Part shown: positions 40,601 through 54,200 of the stretch, in pieces
How the letters are laid out: each line of letters begins with the position of its first letter
Position numbering within the stretch: the first letter of the stretch is position 1
Source of the DNA: Azolla caroliniana
Lineage: Eukaryota; Plantae; Polypodiophyta
Direction of reading: 5' to 3'
Assembly: GCA_043228905.1 (NCBI GenBank)
Contig: JBHGNT010000063.1
Coordinates: 1 to 64,000, forward strand
Length of the DNA: 64,000 bases
Notes under the pieces: generated by a model
Database searches by the model: none
What the model was told of the DNA's origin: nothing
The model's input: only the letters and a program-made list of their open reading frames with translations
Position numbers and translations under genes: made by a program

Positions 40601-42841
40601 ATACCTGGCTCGTGTGATATCGGATTTTTGTGTTCAAACATGCAAATCGAAGCTCACAACGCTAGCTATGATATGGAATTAAAAAATCAAGATTTTGAAA
40701 CTCAAGTCCAGAGACATGACGAAAATAGCAAATTTGAGGAGGGAGTTGAGAGGAGCCCTTGAGTTAATTAAAATGTTCATACCTGGCTCGTGTGATATCG
40801 GATTTTTGTGTTTAAACATGCAAACCGAAGCTAACAACGCTAGCTATGATATGGAATTAAAAAATCAAGATTTTGAAACTCAGGTCGAGAGACATGACGA
40901 AATTACCAAATTTGAGGAGTGAGTTGAGAAGAGCTAGTAGGTAAATTTAAATGTTCATACTTGGCTCGTGTGATATCGGATTTTTGTGTTCAAACATGCG
41001 AATCGAAGCTAACAACGATAGCTATGATATGGAATTAAAAAATCAAGATTTTCAAACTCAAGTCGAGAGACATGACGAAATTACCAAATTTGAGGAGTGA
41101 GTTGAGAAGAGCTAGTAGGTAAATTTAAATGTTCATACTTGGCTCGTGTGATATCGGATTTTTGTGTTCAAACATGCGAATCGAAGCTAACAACGATAGC
41201 TATGATATGGAATTAAAAAATCAAGATTTTGAAACTCATGTCGAGAGACATGACGAAATTACCAAATTTGAGGAGTGAGTTGAGAACAGCCCTTGAGTAA
41301 ATTAAAATGTTCATACCTGGCTCGTGTGATATCGGAATTTTGTGTTCAAACATGCAAATCGAAGCTAACAACGCTAGCTATGATATGGAATTAAAAAATC
41401 AAGATTTTGAAACTCAGGTCAAGAGACATGACGAAATTAGCAAACTTGAGGAGGGAGTTGAGAGGAGCCCTTGAGTAAATTAAAATGTTCATACCTGGCT
41501 CGTGTGATATCGGATTTTTGTGTTCAAACATGCAAATCGAAGCTAACAACGCTAGCTATGATATGGAATTAAAAAATCAAGATTTTGAAACTCAAGTCCA
41601 GGGACATGACGAAAATAGCAAACTTGAGGAGGGAGTTGAGAGGAGCCCTTGAGTAAATTAAAATGTTCATACCTGGCTCATGTGATATCGGATTTTTGTG
41701 TTCAACCATGCGAATCGAAGCTAAGAATGCTAGCTATGATATGGAATTAAAAAATCAAGATTTGGAAACTCAGGTCGAGAGACATGACGAAATTACCACA
41801 TTTGAGAAGTGAGTTGAGAAGAGCCCTTGAGTAAATTAAAATGTTCATACCTGGCTCGTGTAATATCGGATTTTTGTGTTTAAACATGCAAATCGAAGCT
41901 AACAACGCGAGCTATGATATGGAATTAAAAAATCAAGATTTTGAAACTCAGGTTGAGAGACATGACCAAATTACCAAATTTGAGGAGTGAGTTGAGAACA
42001 GCCCTTGAGTAAATTAAAATGTTCATACCTGGCTCGTGTAATATCGGATTTTTGTGTTCAAACATGCGAATCGAAGCTAACACTTCTAGCTATGATATGG
42101 AATTAAAAAATCAAGATTTTGAAACTCAGGTCGAGAGACATGACGAAATTACCAAATTTGAGGAGTGAGTTGAGAAGAGCTAGTAGGTAAATTTAAATGT
42201 TCATACTTGGCTCGTGTGATATCGGATTTTTGTGTTCAAACATGCAAATCGAAGCTAACAACGATAGCTATGATATGGAATTAAAAAATCAAGAATTTGA
42301 AACTCAGGTCGAGAGACATGACGAAAATAGCAAACTTGAGGAGGGAGTTGAGAGTAGCCCTTGAGTAAATTAAAATGTTCATACCTGGCTCGTGTGATAT
42401 CGGATTTTTGTGTTCAAACATGCAAATCGAAGCTAACAACGCTAGGTATGATATGGAATTAAAAAATCAAGAATTTGTAACTCAGGTCGAGAGACATGAC
42501 GAAAATAGCAAACTTGAGGAGGGAGTTGAGAGGAGCCCTTGAGTAAATTAAAATGTTCATACCTGGCTCGTGTGATATCGGATTTTTGTGTTCAAACATG
42601 CAAATCGAAGCTAACAACGCTAGCTATGATATGGAATTAAAAAATCAAGATTTTGAAACTCAACTCGAGAGACATGACGAAATTACCAAATTTGAGGAGT
42701 GAGTTAAGAAGAGCCCTTGAGTAAATTAAAATGTTCATACCTGGCTCGTGTGATATCGGAATTTTGTGTTCAAACATGCAAATCGAAGCTAACAACGCGA
42801 GCTATGATATGGAATTAAAAAATCAAGATTTTGAAACTCAG
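22550..42841 (+). repeat. Overlapping large tandem duplication: 47-monomer unit (~22550-30915) and 67-monomer derivative (~30916-42841)
   Basis: Offsets: 8366 = 47x178 (GTCCAG 22550/30916; ORFs 23607/31973), 7654 = 43x178 (CATGTC 29311/36965; ORFs 28769/36423), 11926 = 67x178 (GGTCAAG 29491/41417; GTAACTC 30551/42477). 47 - 4 + 24 = 67. Confidence 0.88.
35050..41450 (+). repeat. 12-mer higher-order repeat (2136 bp), three tandem copies
   Basis: TTGGATCGTGGG at 35265, 37401, 39537; ORF starts at 36423, 38559, 40695; CATGTCG variant once per unit. All spaced 2136 = 12x178. Confidence 0.93.
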
Positions 42842-45820
42842 GTCGAGAGACATGACGAAATTACCAAATTTGAGGAGTGAGTTGAGAACAGCCGTTGAGT
42901 AAATTAAAATGTTCATACCTGGCTCGTGTAATATCGGATTTTTGTGTTCAAACATGCGAATCGAAGCTAACGACGCGAGCTATGATATGGAATTAAAAAA
43001 TCAAGAATTTGAAACTCAGGTCGAGAGACATGACGAAATTACCAAATTTGAGGAGTGAGTTGAGAACAGCCCTTGAGTAAATTAAAATGTTCATACCTGG
43101 CTCGTGTGATATCGGACATTTGTGTTCAAACATGCAAATCGAAGCTAACAACGCTAGCTATGATATGGAATTAAAAAATCAAGATTTTGAAACTCAAGTC
43201 CAGAGAGATGAAGAAAATAGCAAACTTGAGGAGGGAGTTGAGAGGAGCCCTTGAGTTAATTAAAATGTTCATACCTGGCTCGTGTGATATCGGATTTTAG
43301 TGTTCAAAGATGCAAATCGAAGCTAACAACACTAGCTATGATATGGAATTAAAAAATCAAGATTTGGAAACTCAGGTCGAGAGACATGACGAAATTACCA
43401 CATTTGAGAAGTGAGTTGAGAAGAGCCCTTGAGTAATTTAAAATGTTCATAGCTGGCTCGTGTAATATCGGATTTTTGTGTTCAAACATGCAAATCGAAG
43501 CTAACAATGCGAGCTATGATATGGAATTAAAAAATCAAGAATTTGAAACTCAGGTCGAGAGACATGACGAAAATAGCAAACTTGAGGAGGGAGTTGAGAG
43601 GAGCCCTTGAGTAAATTAAAATGTTCATACCTGGCTCGTGTGATATCGGATTTTTGTGTTCAAACATGCAAATCGAAGCTAACAACGCTAGCTATGATAT
43701 GGAATTAAAAAATCAAGATTTTGAAACTCAGGTCGAGAGACATGACGAAATTACCAAATTTGAGGAGTGAGTTGAGAACAGCCCTTGAGTAAATTAAAAT
43801 GTTCATACTTGGCTCGTGTGATATCGGATTTTTGTGTTCAAACATGCAAATCGAAGCTAACGACGCGAGCTATGATATGGAATTAAAAAATCAAGAACTT
43901 GAAACTCAGGTCGAGAGACATGACGAAAATAGCAAACTTGAGGAGGGAGTTGAGAGGAGCCCTTGAGTAAATTAAAATGTTCATACCTGGCTCGTGTGAT
44001 ATCGGATTTTTGTGTTCAAACATGCAAATCGAAGCTAACAACGCTAGCTATGATATGGAATTAAAAAATCAAGATTTTGAAACTCAACTCGAGAGACATG
44101 ACGAAATTACCAAATTTGAGGAGTGAGTTAAGAAGAGCCCTTGAGTAAATTAAAATGTTCATACCTGGCTCGTGTGATATCGGAATTTTGTGTTCAAACA
44201 TGCAAATCGAAGCTAACAACGCGAGCTATGATATGGAATTAAAAAATCAAGATTTTGAAACTCAGGTCGAGAGACATGACGAAATTACCAAATTTGAGGA
44301 GTGAGTTGAGAACAGCCGTTGAGTAAATTAAAATGTTCATACCTGGCTCGTGTAATATCGGATTTTTGTGTTCAAACATGCGAATCGAAGCTAACGACGC
44401 TAGGTATGATATGGAATTAAAAAATCAAGAATTTGTAACTCAGGTCGAGAGACATGACGAAAATAGCAAACTTGAGGAGGGAGTTGAGAGGAGCCCTTGA
44501 GTAAATTAAAATGTTCATACCTGGCTCGTGTGATATCGGATTTTTGTGTTCAAACATGCAAATCGAAGCTAACAACGCTAGCTATGATATGGAATTAAAA
44601 AATCAAGATTTTGAAACTCAACTCGAGAGACATGACGAAATTACCAAATTTGAGGAGTGAGTTAAGAAGAGCCCTTGAGTAAATTAAAATGTTCATACCT
44701 GGCTCGTGTGATATCGGAATTTTGTGTTCAAACATGCAAATCGAAGCTAACAACGCGAGCTATGATATGGAATTAAAAAATCAAGATTTTGAAACTCAGG
44801 TCGAGAGACATGACGAAATTACCAAATTTGAGGAGTGAGTTGAGAACAGCCGTTGAGTAAATTAAAATGTTCATACCTGGCTCGTGTAATATCGGATTTT
44901 TGTGTTCAAACATGCGAATCGAAGCTAACGACGCGAGCTATGATATGGAATTAAAAAATCAAGAATTTGAAACTCAGGTCGAGAGACATGACGAAATTAC
45001 CAAATTTGAGGAGTGAGTTGAGAACAGCCCTTGAGTAAATTAAAATGTTCATACCTGGCTCGTGTGATATCGGACATTTGTGTTCAAACATGCAAATCGA
45101 AGCTAACAACGCTAGCTATGATATGGAATTAAAAAATCAAGATTTTGAAACTCAAGTCCAGAGAGATGAAGAAAATAGCAAACTTGAGGAGGGAGTTGAG
45201 AGGAGCCCTTGAGTTAATTAAAATGTTCATACCTGGCTCGTGTGATATCGGATTTTAGTGTTCAAAGATGCAAATCGAAGCTAACAACACTAGCTATGAT
45301 ATGGAATTAAAAAATCAAGATTTGGAAACTCAGGTCGAGAGACATGACGAAATTACCACATTTGAGAAGTGAGTTGAGAAGAGCCCTTGAGTAATTTAAA
45401 ATGTTCATAGCTGGCTCGTGTAATATCGGATTTTTGTGTTCAAACATGCAAATCGAAGCTAACAATGCGAGCTATGATATGGAATTAAAAAATCAAGAAT
45501 TTGAAACTCAGGTCGAGAGACATGACGAAAATAGCAAACTTGAGGAGGGAGTTGAGAGGAGCCCTTGAGTAAATTAAAATGTTCATACCTGGCTCGTGTG
45601 ATATCGGATTTTTGTGTTCAAACATGCAAATCGAAGCTAACAACGCTAGCTATGATATGGAATTAAAAAATCAAGATTTTGAAACTCAGGTCGAGAGACA
45701 TGACGAAATTACCAAATTTGAGGAGTGAGTTGAGAACAGCCCTTGAGTAAATTAAAATGTTCATACTTGGCTCGTGTGATATCGGATTTTTGTGTTCAAA
45801 CATGCAAATCGAAGCTAACA
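42440..45820 (+). repeat. 8-monomer block duplicated at 11-monomer offset, with an intervening 3-mer duplication (~43900-44400)
   Basis: GTAACTC 42477/44435 and the TTTTAGTG variant 43299/45257 are 1958 = 11x178 apart. CAACTCG variants near 44085 and 44619 are 534 = 3x178 apart. Confidence 0.85.
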
Positions 45821-48800
45821 ACGCTAGCTATGATATGGAATTAAAAAATCAAGATTTTGAAACTCAAGTCGAGAGACATGACGAAATTACCAAATTTGAG
45901 GAGTGAGTTGAGAAGAGCCCTTGAGTAAATTAAAATGTTCATACCTGGCTCGTGTGATATCGGAATTTTGTGTTCAAACATGCAAATCGAAGCTAACAAC
46001 GCGAGCTATGATATGGAATTAAAAAATCAAGATTTTGAAACTCAGGTCGAGAGACATGACGAAATTACCAAATTTGAGGAGTGAGTTGAGAACAGCCGTT
46101 GAGTAAATTAAAATGTTCATACCTGGCTCGTGTAATATCGGATTTTTGTGTTCAAACATGCGAATCGAAGCTAACGACGTGAGCTATGATATGGAATTAA
46201 AAAATCAAGAATTTGAAACTCAGGTCGAGAGACATGACGAAATTACCAAATTTGAGGAGTGAGTTGAGAACAGCCCTTGAGTAAATTAAAATGTTCATAC
46301 CTGGCTCGTGTGATATCGGACATTTGTGTTCAAACATGCAAATCGAAGCTAACAACGCTAGCTATGATATGGAATTAAAAATTCAAGAATTTGAAACTCA
46401 GGTCGAGAGACATGACGAAAATAGCAAACTTGAGGAGGGAGTTGAGAGGAGCCCTTGAGTAAATTAAAATGTTCATACCTGGCTCGTGTGATATCGGATT
46501 TTTGTGTTCAAACATGCAAATCGAAGCTAACAACGCGAGCTATGATATGGAATTAAAAAATCAAGATTTTGAAACTCAGGTCGAGAGACATGACGAAATT
46601 ACCAAATTTGAGGAGTGAGTTGAGAAGAGCTAGTAGGTAAATTTAAATGTTCATACTTGGCTCGTGTGATATCGGATTTTTGTGTTCACACATGCGAATC
46701 GAAGCTAACAACGCTAGCTATGATTTGGAATTAAAAAATCAAGAATTGGAAACTCAGGTCGAGAGACATGACGAAATTACCAAATTTGAGGAGTGAGTTG
46801 AGAACAGCCCTTGAGTAAATTAAAATGTTAATACCTGGCTCGTGTGATATCGGATTTTTGTGTTCAAACATGCAAATCGAAGCTAACAACGCTAGCTATG
46901 ATATGGAATTAAAAAATCAAGATTTTGAAACTCAGGTCGAGAGACATGACGAAATTACCAAATTTGAGGAGTGAGTTGAGAAGAGCTAGTAGGTAAATTT
47001 AAATGTTCATACTTGGCTCGTGTGATATCGGATTTTTGTGTTCACACATGCGAATCGAAGCTAACAACGCTAGCTATGATTTGGAATTAAAAAATCAAGA
47101 ATTGGAAACTCAGGTCGAGAGACATGACGAAATTACCAAATTTGAGGAGTGAGTTGAGAAGAGCCCTTGAGTAAATTAAAATGTTCATACCTGGCTCGTG
47201 TGATATCGGAATTTTGTGTTCAAACATGCAAATCGAAGCTAACAACGCTAGGTATGATATGGAATTAAAAAATCAAGATTTTGAAACTCAAGTCGAGAGA
47301 CATGACGAAATTACCAAATTTGAGGAGTGAGTTGAGAAGAGCCCTTGAGTAAATTAAAATGTTCATACCTGGCTCGTGTGATATCGGAATTTTGTGTTCA
47401 AACATGCAAATCGAAGCTAACAACGCTACCTATGATATGGAATTAAAAAATCAAGAATTTGAAACTCAGGTCGAGACACATGACGAAAATAGCAAACTTG
47501 AGGAGTGAGTTGAGAAGAGCCCTTGAGTAAATTAAAATGTTCATACCTGGCTCGTGTGATATCGGATTTTTGTGTTTAAACATGCAAACCGAAGCTAACA
47601 ACGCTAGCTATGATATGGAATTAAAAAATCAAGATTTTGAAACTCAGGTCGAGAGACATGACGAAATTACCAAATTTGAGGAGTGAGTTGAGAAGAGCTA
47701 GTAGGTAAATTTAAATGTTCATACTTGGCTCGTGTGATATCGGATTTTTGTGTTCAAACATGCGAATCGAAGCTAACGACGCGAGCTATGATATGGAATT
47801 AAAAAATCAAGAATTTGAAACTCAGGTCGAGAGACATGACGAAATTACCAAATTTGAGGAGTGAGTTGAGAACAACCCTTGAGTAAATTAAAATGTTCAT
47901 ACCTGGCTCGTGTGATATCGGACATTTGTGTTCAAACATGCAAATCGAAGCTAACAACGCTAGCTATGATATGGAATTAAAAAATCAAGATTTTGAAACT
48001 CAAGTCCAGAGAGATGAAGAAAATAGCAAACTTGAGGAGGGAGTTGAGAGGAGCCCTTGAGTAAATTAAAATGTTCATACCTGGCTCGTGTGATATCGGA
48101 TTTTTGTGTTCAAACATGCAAATCGAAGCTAACAACGCTAGGTATGATATGGAATTAAAAAATCAAGAATTTGAAACTCAGGTCGAGAGACATGACGAAA
48201 ATAGCAAACTTGAGGAGGGAGTTGAGAGGAGCCCTTGAGTAAATTAAAATGTTCATACCTGGCTCGTGTGATATCGGATTTTTGTGTTCAAACATGCAAA
48301 TCGAAGCTAACAACGCTAGCTATGATATGGAATTAAAAAATCAAGATTTTGAAACTCAACTCGAGAGACATGACGAAATTACCAAATTTGAGGAGTGAGT
48401 TAAGAAGAGCCCTTGAGTAAATTAAAATGTTCATACCTGGCTCGTGTGATATCGGAATTTTGTGTTCAAACATGCAAATCGAAGCTAACAACGCGAGCTA
48501 TGATATGGAATTAAAAAATCAAGATTTTGAAACTCAGGTCGAGAGACATGACGAAATTACCAAATTTGAGGAGTGAGTTGAGAACAGCCGTTGAGTAAAT
48601 TAAAATGTTCATACCTGGCTCGTGTAATATCGGATTTTTGTGTTCAAACATGCGAATCGAAGCTAACGACGCGAGCTATGATATGGAATTAAAAAATCAA
48701 GAATTTGAAACTCAGGTCGAGAGACATGACGAAATTACCAAATTTGAGGAGTGAGTTGAGAACAGCCCTTGAGTAAATTAAAATGTTCATACCTGGCTCG

Positions 48801-51210
48801 TGTGATATCGGACATTTGTGTTCAAACATGCAAATCGAAGCTAACAACGCTAGCTATGATATGGAATTAAAAAATCAAGATTTTGAAACTCAAGTCCAGA
48901 GAGATGAAGAAAATAGCAAACTTGAGGAGGGAGTTGAGAGGAGCCCTTGAGTTAATTAAAATGTTCATACCTGGCTCGTGTGATATCGGATTTTAGTGTT
49001 CAAAGATGCAAATCGAAGCTAACAACACTAGCTATGATATGGAATTAAAAAATCAAGATTTGGAAACTCAGGTCGAGAGACATGACGAAATTACCACATT
49101 TGAGAAGTGAGTTGAGAAGAGCCCTTGAGTAATTTAAAATGTTCATAGCTGGCTCGTGTAATATCGGATTTTTGTGTTCAAACATGCAAATCGAAGCTAA
49201 CAATGCGAGCTATGATATGGAATTAAAAAATCAAGAATTTGAAACTTAGGTCGAGAGACATGACGAAAATAGCAAACTTGAGGAGGGAGTTGAGAGGAGC
49301 CCTTGAGTAAATTAAAATGTTCATACCTGGCTCGTGTGATATCGGATTTTTGTGTTCAAACATGCAAATCGAAGCTAACAACGCTAGCTATGATATGGAA
49401 TTAAAAAATCAAGATTTTGAAACTCAGGTCGAGAGACATGACGAAATTACCAAATTTGAGGAGTGAGTTGAGAACAGCCCTTGAGTAAATTAAAATGTTC
49501 ATACTTGGCTCGTGTGATATCGGATTTTTGTGTTCAAACATGCAAATCGAAGCTAACAACGCTAGCTATGATATGGAATTAAAAAATCAAGATTTTGAAA
49601 CTCAAGTCGAGAGACATGACGAAATTACCAAATTTGAGGAGTGAGTTGAGAAGAGCCCTTGAGTAAATTAAAATGTTCATACCTGGCTCGTGTGATATCG
49701 GAATTTTGTGTTCAAACATGCAAATCGAAGCTAACAACGCGAGCTATGATATGGAATTAAAAAATCAAGATTTTGAAACTCAGGTCGAGAGACATGACGA
49801 AATTACCAAATTTGAGGAGTGAGTTGAGAACAGCCGTTGAGTAAATTAAAATGTTCATACCTGGCTCGTGTAATATCGGATTTTTGTGTTCAAACATGCG
49901 AATCGAAGCTAACGACGTGAGCTATGATATGGAATTAAAAAATCAAGAATTTGAAACTCAGGTCGAGAGACATGACGAAATTACCAAATTTGAGGAGTGA
50001 GTTGAGAACAGCCCTTGAGTAAATTAAAATGTTCATACCTGGCTCGTGTGATATCGGACATTTGTGTTCAAACATGCAAATCGAAGCTAACAACGCTAGC
50101 TATGATATGGAATTAAAAATTCAAGAATTTGAAACTCAGGTCGAGAGACATGACGAAAATAGCAAACTTGAGGAGGGAGTTGAGAGGAGCCCTTGAGTAA
50201 ATTAAAATGTTCATACCTGGCTCGTGTGATATCGGATTTTTGTGTTCAAACATGCAAATCGAAGCTAACAACGCGAGCTATGATATGGAATTAAAAAATC
50301 AAGATTTTGAAACTCAGGTCGAGAGACATGACGAAATTACCAAATTTGAGGAGTGAGTTGAGAAGAGCTAGTAGGTAAATTTAAATGTTCATACTTGGCT
50401 CGTGTGATATCGGATTTTTGTGTTCACACATGCGAATCGAAGCTAACAACGCTAGCTATGATTTGGAATTAAAAAATCAAGAATTGGAAACTCAGGTCGA
50501 GAGACATGACGAAATTACCAAATTTGAGGAGTGAGTTGAGAACAGCCCTTGAGTAAATTAAAATGTTAATACCTGGCTCGTGTGATATCGGATTTTTGTG
50601 TTCAAACATGCAAATCGAAGCTAACAACGCTAGCTATGATATGGAATTAAAAAATCAAGATTTTGAAACTCAGGTCGAGAGACATGACGAAATTACCAAA
50701 TTTGAGGAGTGAGTTGAGAAGAGCTAGTAGGTAAATTTAAATGTTCATACTTGGCTCGTGTGATATCGGATTTTTGTGTTCACACATGCGAATCGAAGCT
50801 AACAACGCTAGCTATGATTTGGAATTAAAAAATCAAGAATTGGAAACTCAGGTCGAGAGACATGACGAAATTACCAAATTTGAGGAGTGAGTTGAGAAGA
50901 GCCCTTGAGTAAATTAAAATGTTCATACCTGGCTCGTGTGATATCGGAATTTTGTGTTCAAACATGCAAATCGAAGCTAACAACGCTAGGTATGATATGG
51001 AATTAAAAAATCAAGATTTTGAAACTCAAGTCGAGAGACATGACGAAATTACCAAATTTGAGGAGTGAGTTGAGAAGAGCCCTTGAGTAAATTAAAATGT
51101 TCATACCTGGCTCGTGTGATATCGGAATTTTGTGTTCAAACATGCAAATCGAAGCTAACAACGCTACCTATGATATGGAATTAAAAAATCAAGAATTTGA
51201 AACTCAGGTC
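44450..51210 (+). repeat. Duplication at 21-monomer offset (~44450-47470 vs ~48190-51210)
   Basis: ACTCG 44621/48359, TTTTAGTG 45257/48995 and ATGTTAATAC 46830/50568 are all 3738 = 21x178 apart. Confidence 0.87.
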
Positions 51211-54200
51211 GAGAGACATGACGAAAATAGCAAACTTGAGGAGGGAGTTGAGAGGAGCCCTTGAGTAAATTAAAATGTTCATACCTGGCTCGTGTGATAT
51301 CGGATTTTTGTGTTCAAACATGCAAATCGAAGCTAACAACGCTAGCTATGATATGGAATTAAAAAATCAAGATTTTGAAACTCAGGTCGAGAGACATCAC
51401 GAAATTACCAAATTTGAGGAGTGAGTTGAGAACAGCCCTTGAGTAAATTAAAATGTTCATACTTGGCTCGTGTGATATCGGATTTTTGTGTTCAAACATG
51501 CGAATCGAAGCTAACGACGCGAGCTATGATATGGAATTAAAAAATCAAGAATTTGAAACTCAGGTCGAGAGACATGACGAAATTACCAAATTTGAGGAGT
51601 GAGTTGAGAACAGCCCTTGAGTAAATTAAAATGTTCATACCTGGCTCGTGTGATATCGGACATTTGTGTTCAAACATGCAAATCGAAGCTAACAACGCTA
51701 GCTATGATATGGAATTAAAAAATCAAGATTTTGAAACTCAAGTCCAGAGAGATGAAGAAAATAGCAAACTTGAGGAGGGAGTTGAGAGGAGCCCTTGAGT
51801 TAATTAAAATGTTCATACCTGGCTCGTGTGATATCGGATTTTAGTGTTCAAAGATGCAAATCGAAGCTAACAACACTAGCTATGATATGGAATTAAAAAA
51901 TCAAGATTTGGAAACTCAGGTCGAGAGACATGACGAAATTACCACATTTGAGAAGTGAGTTGAGAAGAGCCCTTGAGTAATTTAAAATGTTCATACCTGG
52001 CTCGTGTAATATCGGATTTTTGTGTTCAAACATGCAAATCGAAGCTAACAACGCGAGCTATGATATGGAATTAAAAAATCAAGAATTTGAAACTCAGGTC
52101 GAGAGACATGACGAAAATAGCAAACTTGAGGAGGGAGTTGAGAGGAGCCCTTGAGTAAATTAAAATGTTCATACCTGGCTCGTGTGATATCGGATTTTTG
52201 TGTTCAAACATGCAAATCGAAGCTAACAACGCTAGCTATGATATGGAATTAAAAAATCAAGATTTTGAAACTCAGGTCGAGAGACATCACGAAATTACCA
52301 AATTTGAGGAGTGAGTTGAGAACAGCCCTTGAGTAAATTAAAATGTTCATACTTGGCTCGTGTGATATCGGATTTTTGTGTTCAAACATGCGAATCGAAG
52401 CTAACGACGCGAGCTATGATATGGAATTAAAAAATCAAGAATTTGAAACTCAGGTCGAGAGACATGACGAAATTACCAAATTTGAGGAGTGAGTTGAGAA
52501 CAGCCCTTGAGTAAATTAAAATGTTCATACCTGGCTCGTGTGATATCGGACATTTGTGTTCAAACATGCAAATCGAAGCTAACAACGCTAGCTATGATAT
52601 GGAATTAAAAAATCAAGATTTTGAAACTCAAGTCCAGAGAGATGAAGAAAATAGCAAACTTGAGGAGGGAGTTGAGAGGAGCCCTTGAGTTAATTAAAAT
52701 GTTCATACCTGGCTCGTGTGATATCGGATTTTAGTGTTCAAAGATGCAAATCGAAGCTAACAACACTAGCTATGATATGGAATTAAAAAATCAAGATTTG
52801 GAAACTCAGGTCGAGAGACATGACGAAATTACCACATTTGAGAAGTGAGTTGAGAAGAGCCCTTGAGTAATTTAAAATGTTCATACCTGGCTCGTGTAAT
52901 ATCGGATTTTTGTGTTCAAACATGCAAATCGAAGCTAACAACGCGAGCTATGATATGGAATTAAAAAATCAAGAATTTGAAACTCAGGTCGAGAGACATG
53001 ACGAAAATAGCAAACTTGAGGAGGGAGTTGAGAGGAGCCCTTGAGTAAATTAAAATGTTCATACCTGGCTCGTGTGATATCGGATTTTTGTGTTCAAACA
53101 TGCAAATCGAAGCTAACAACGCTAGCTATGATATGGAATTAAAAAATCAAGATTTTGAAACTCAGGTCGAGAGACATCACGAAATTACCAAATTTGAGGA
53201 GTGAGTTGAGAACAGCCCTTGAGTAAATTAAAATGTTCATACTTGGCTCGTGTGATATCGGATTTTTGTGTTCAAACATGCAAATCGAAGCTAACAACGC
53301 TAGCTATGATATGGAATTAAAAAATCAAGATTTTGAAACTCAAGTCGAGAGACATGACGAAATTACCAAATTTGAGGAGTGAGTTGAGAAGAGCCCTTGA
53401 GTAAATTAAAATGTTCATACCTGGCTCGTGTGATATCGGACATTTGTGTTCAAACATGCAAATCGAAGCTAACAACGCTAGCTATGATATGGAATTAAAA
53501 AATCAAGATTTTGAAACTCAAGTCCAGAGAGATGATGAAAATAGCAAACTTGAGGAGGGAGTTGAGAGGAGCCCTTGAGTTAATTAAAATGTTCATACCT
53601 GGCTCGTGTGATATCGGATTTTAGTGTTCAAAGATGCAAATCGAAGCTAACAACACTAGCTATGATATGGAATTAAAAAATCAAGATTTGGAAACTCAGG
53701 TCGAGAGACATGACGAAATTACCACATTTGAGAAGTGAGTTGAGAAGAGCCCTTGAGTAATTTAAAATGTTCATAGCTGGCTCGTGTAATATCGGATTTT
53801 TGTGTTCAAACATGCAAATCGAAGCTAACAATGCGAGCTATGATATGGAATTAAAAAATCAAGAATTTGAAACTTAGGTCGAGAGACATGACTAAAATAG
53901 CAAACTTGAGGAGGGAGTTGAGAGGAGCCCTTGAGTAAATTAAAATGTTCATACCTGGCTCGTGTGATATCGGATTTTTGTGTTCAAACATGCAAATCGA
54001 AGCTAACAACGCTAGCTATGATATGGAATTAAAAAATCAAGATTTTGAAACTCAGGTCGAGAGACATGACGAAATTACCAAATTTGAGGAGTGAGTTGAG
54101 AACAGCCCTTGAGTAAATTAAAATGTTCATACTTGGCTCGTGTGATATCGGATTTTTGTGTTCAAACATGCAAATCGAAGCTAACAACGCTAGCTATGAT

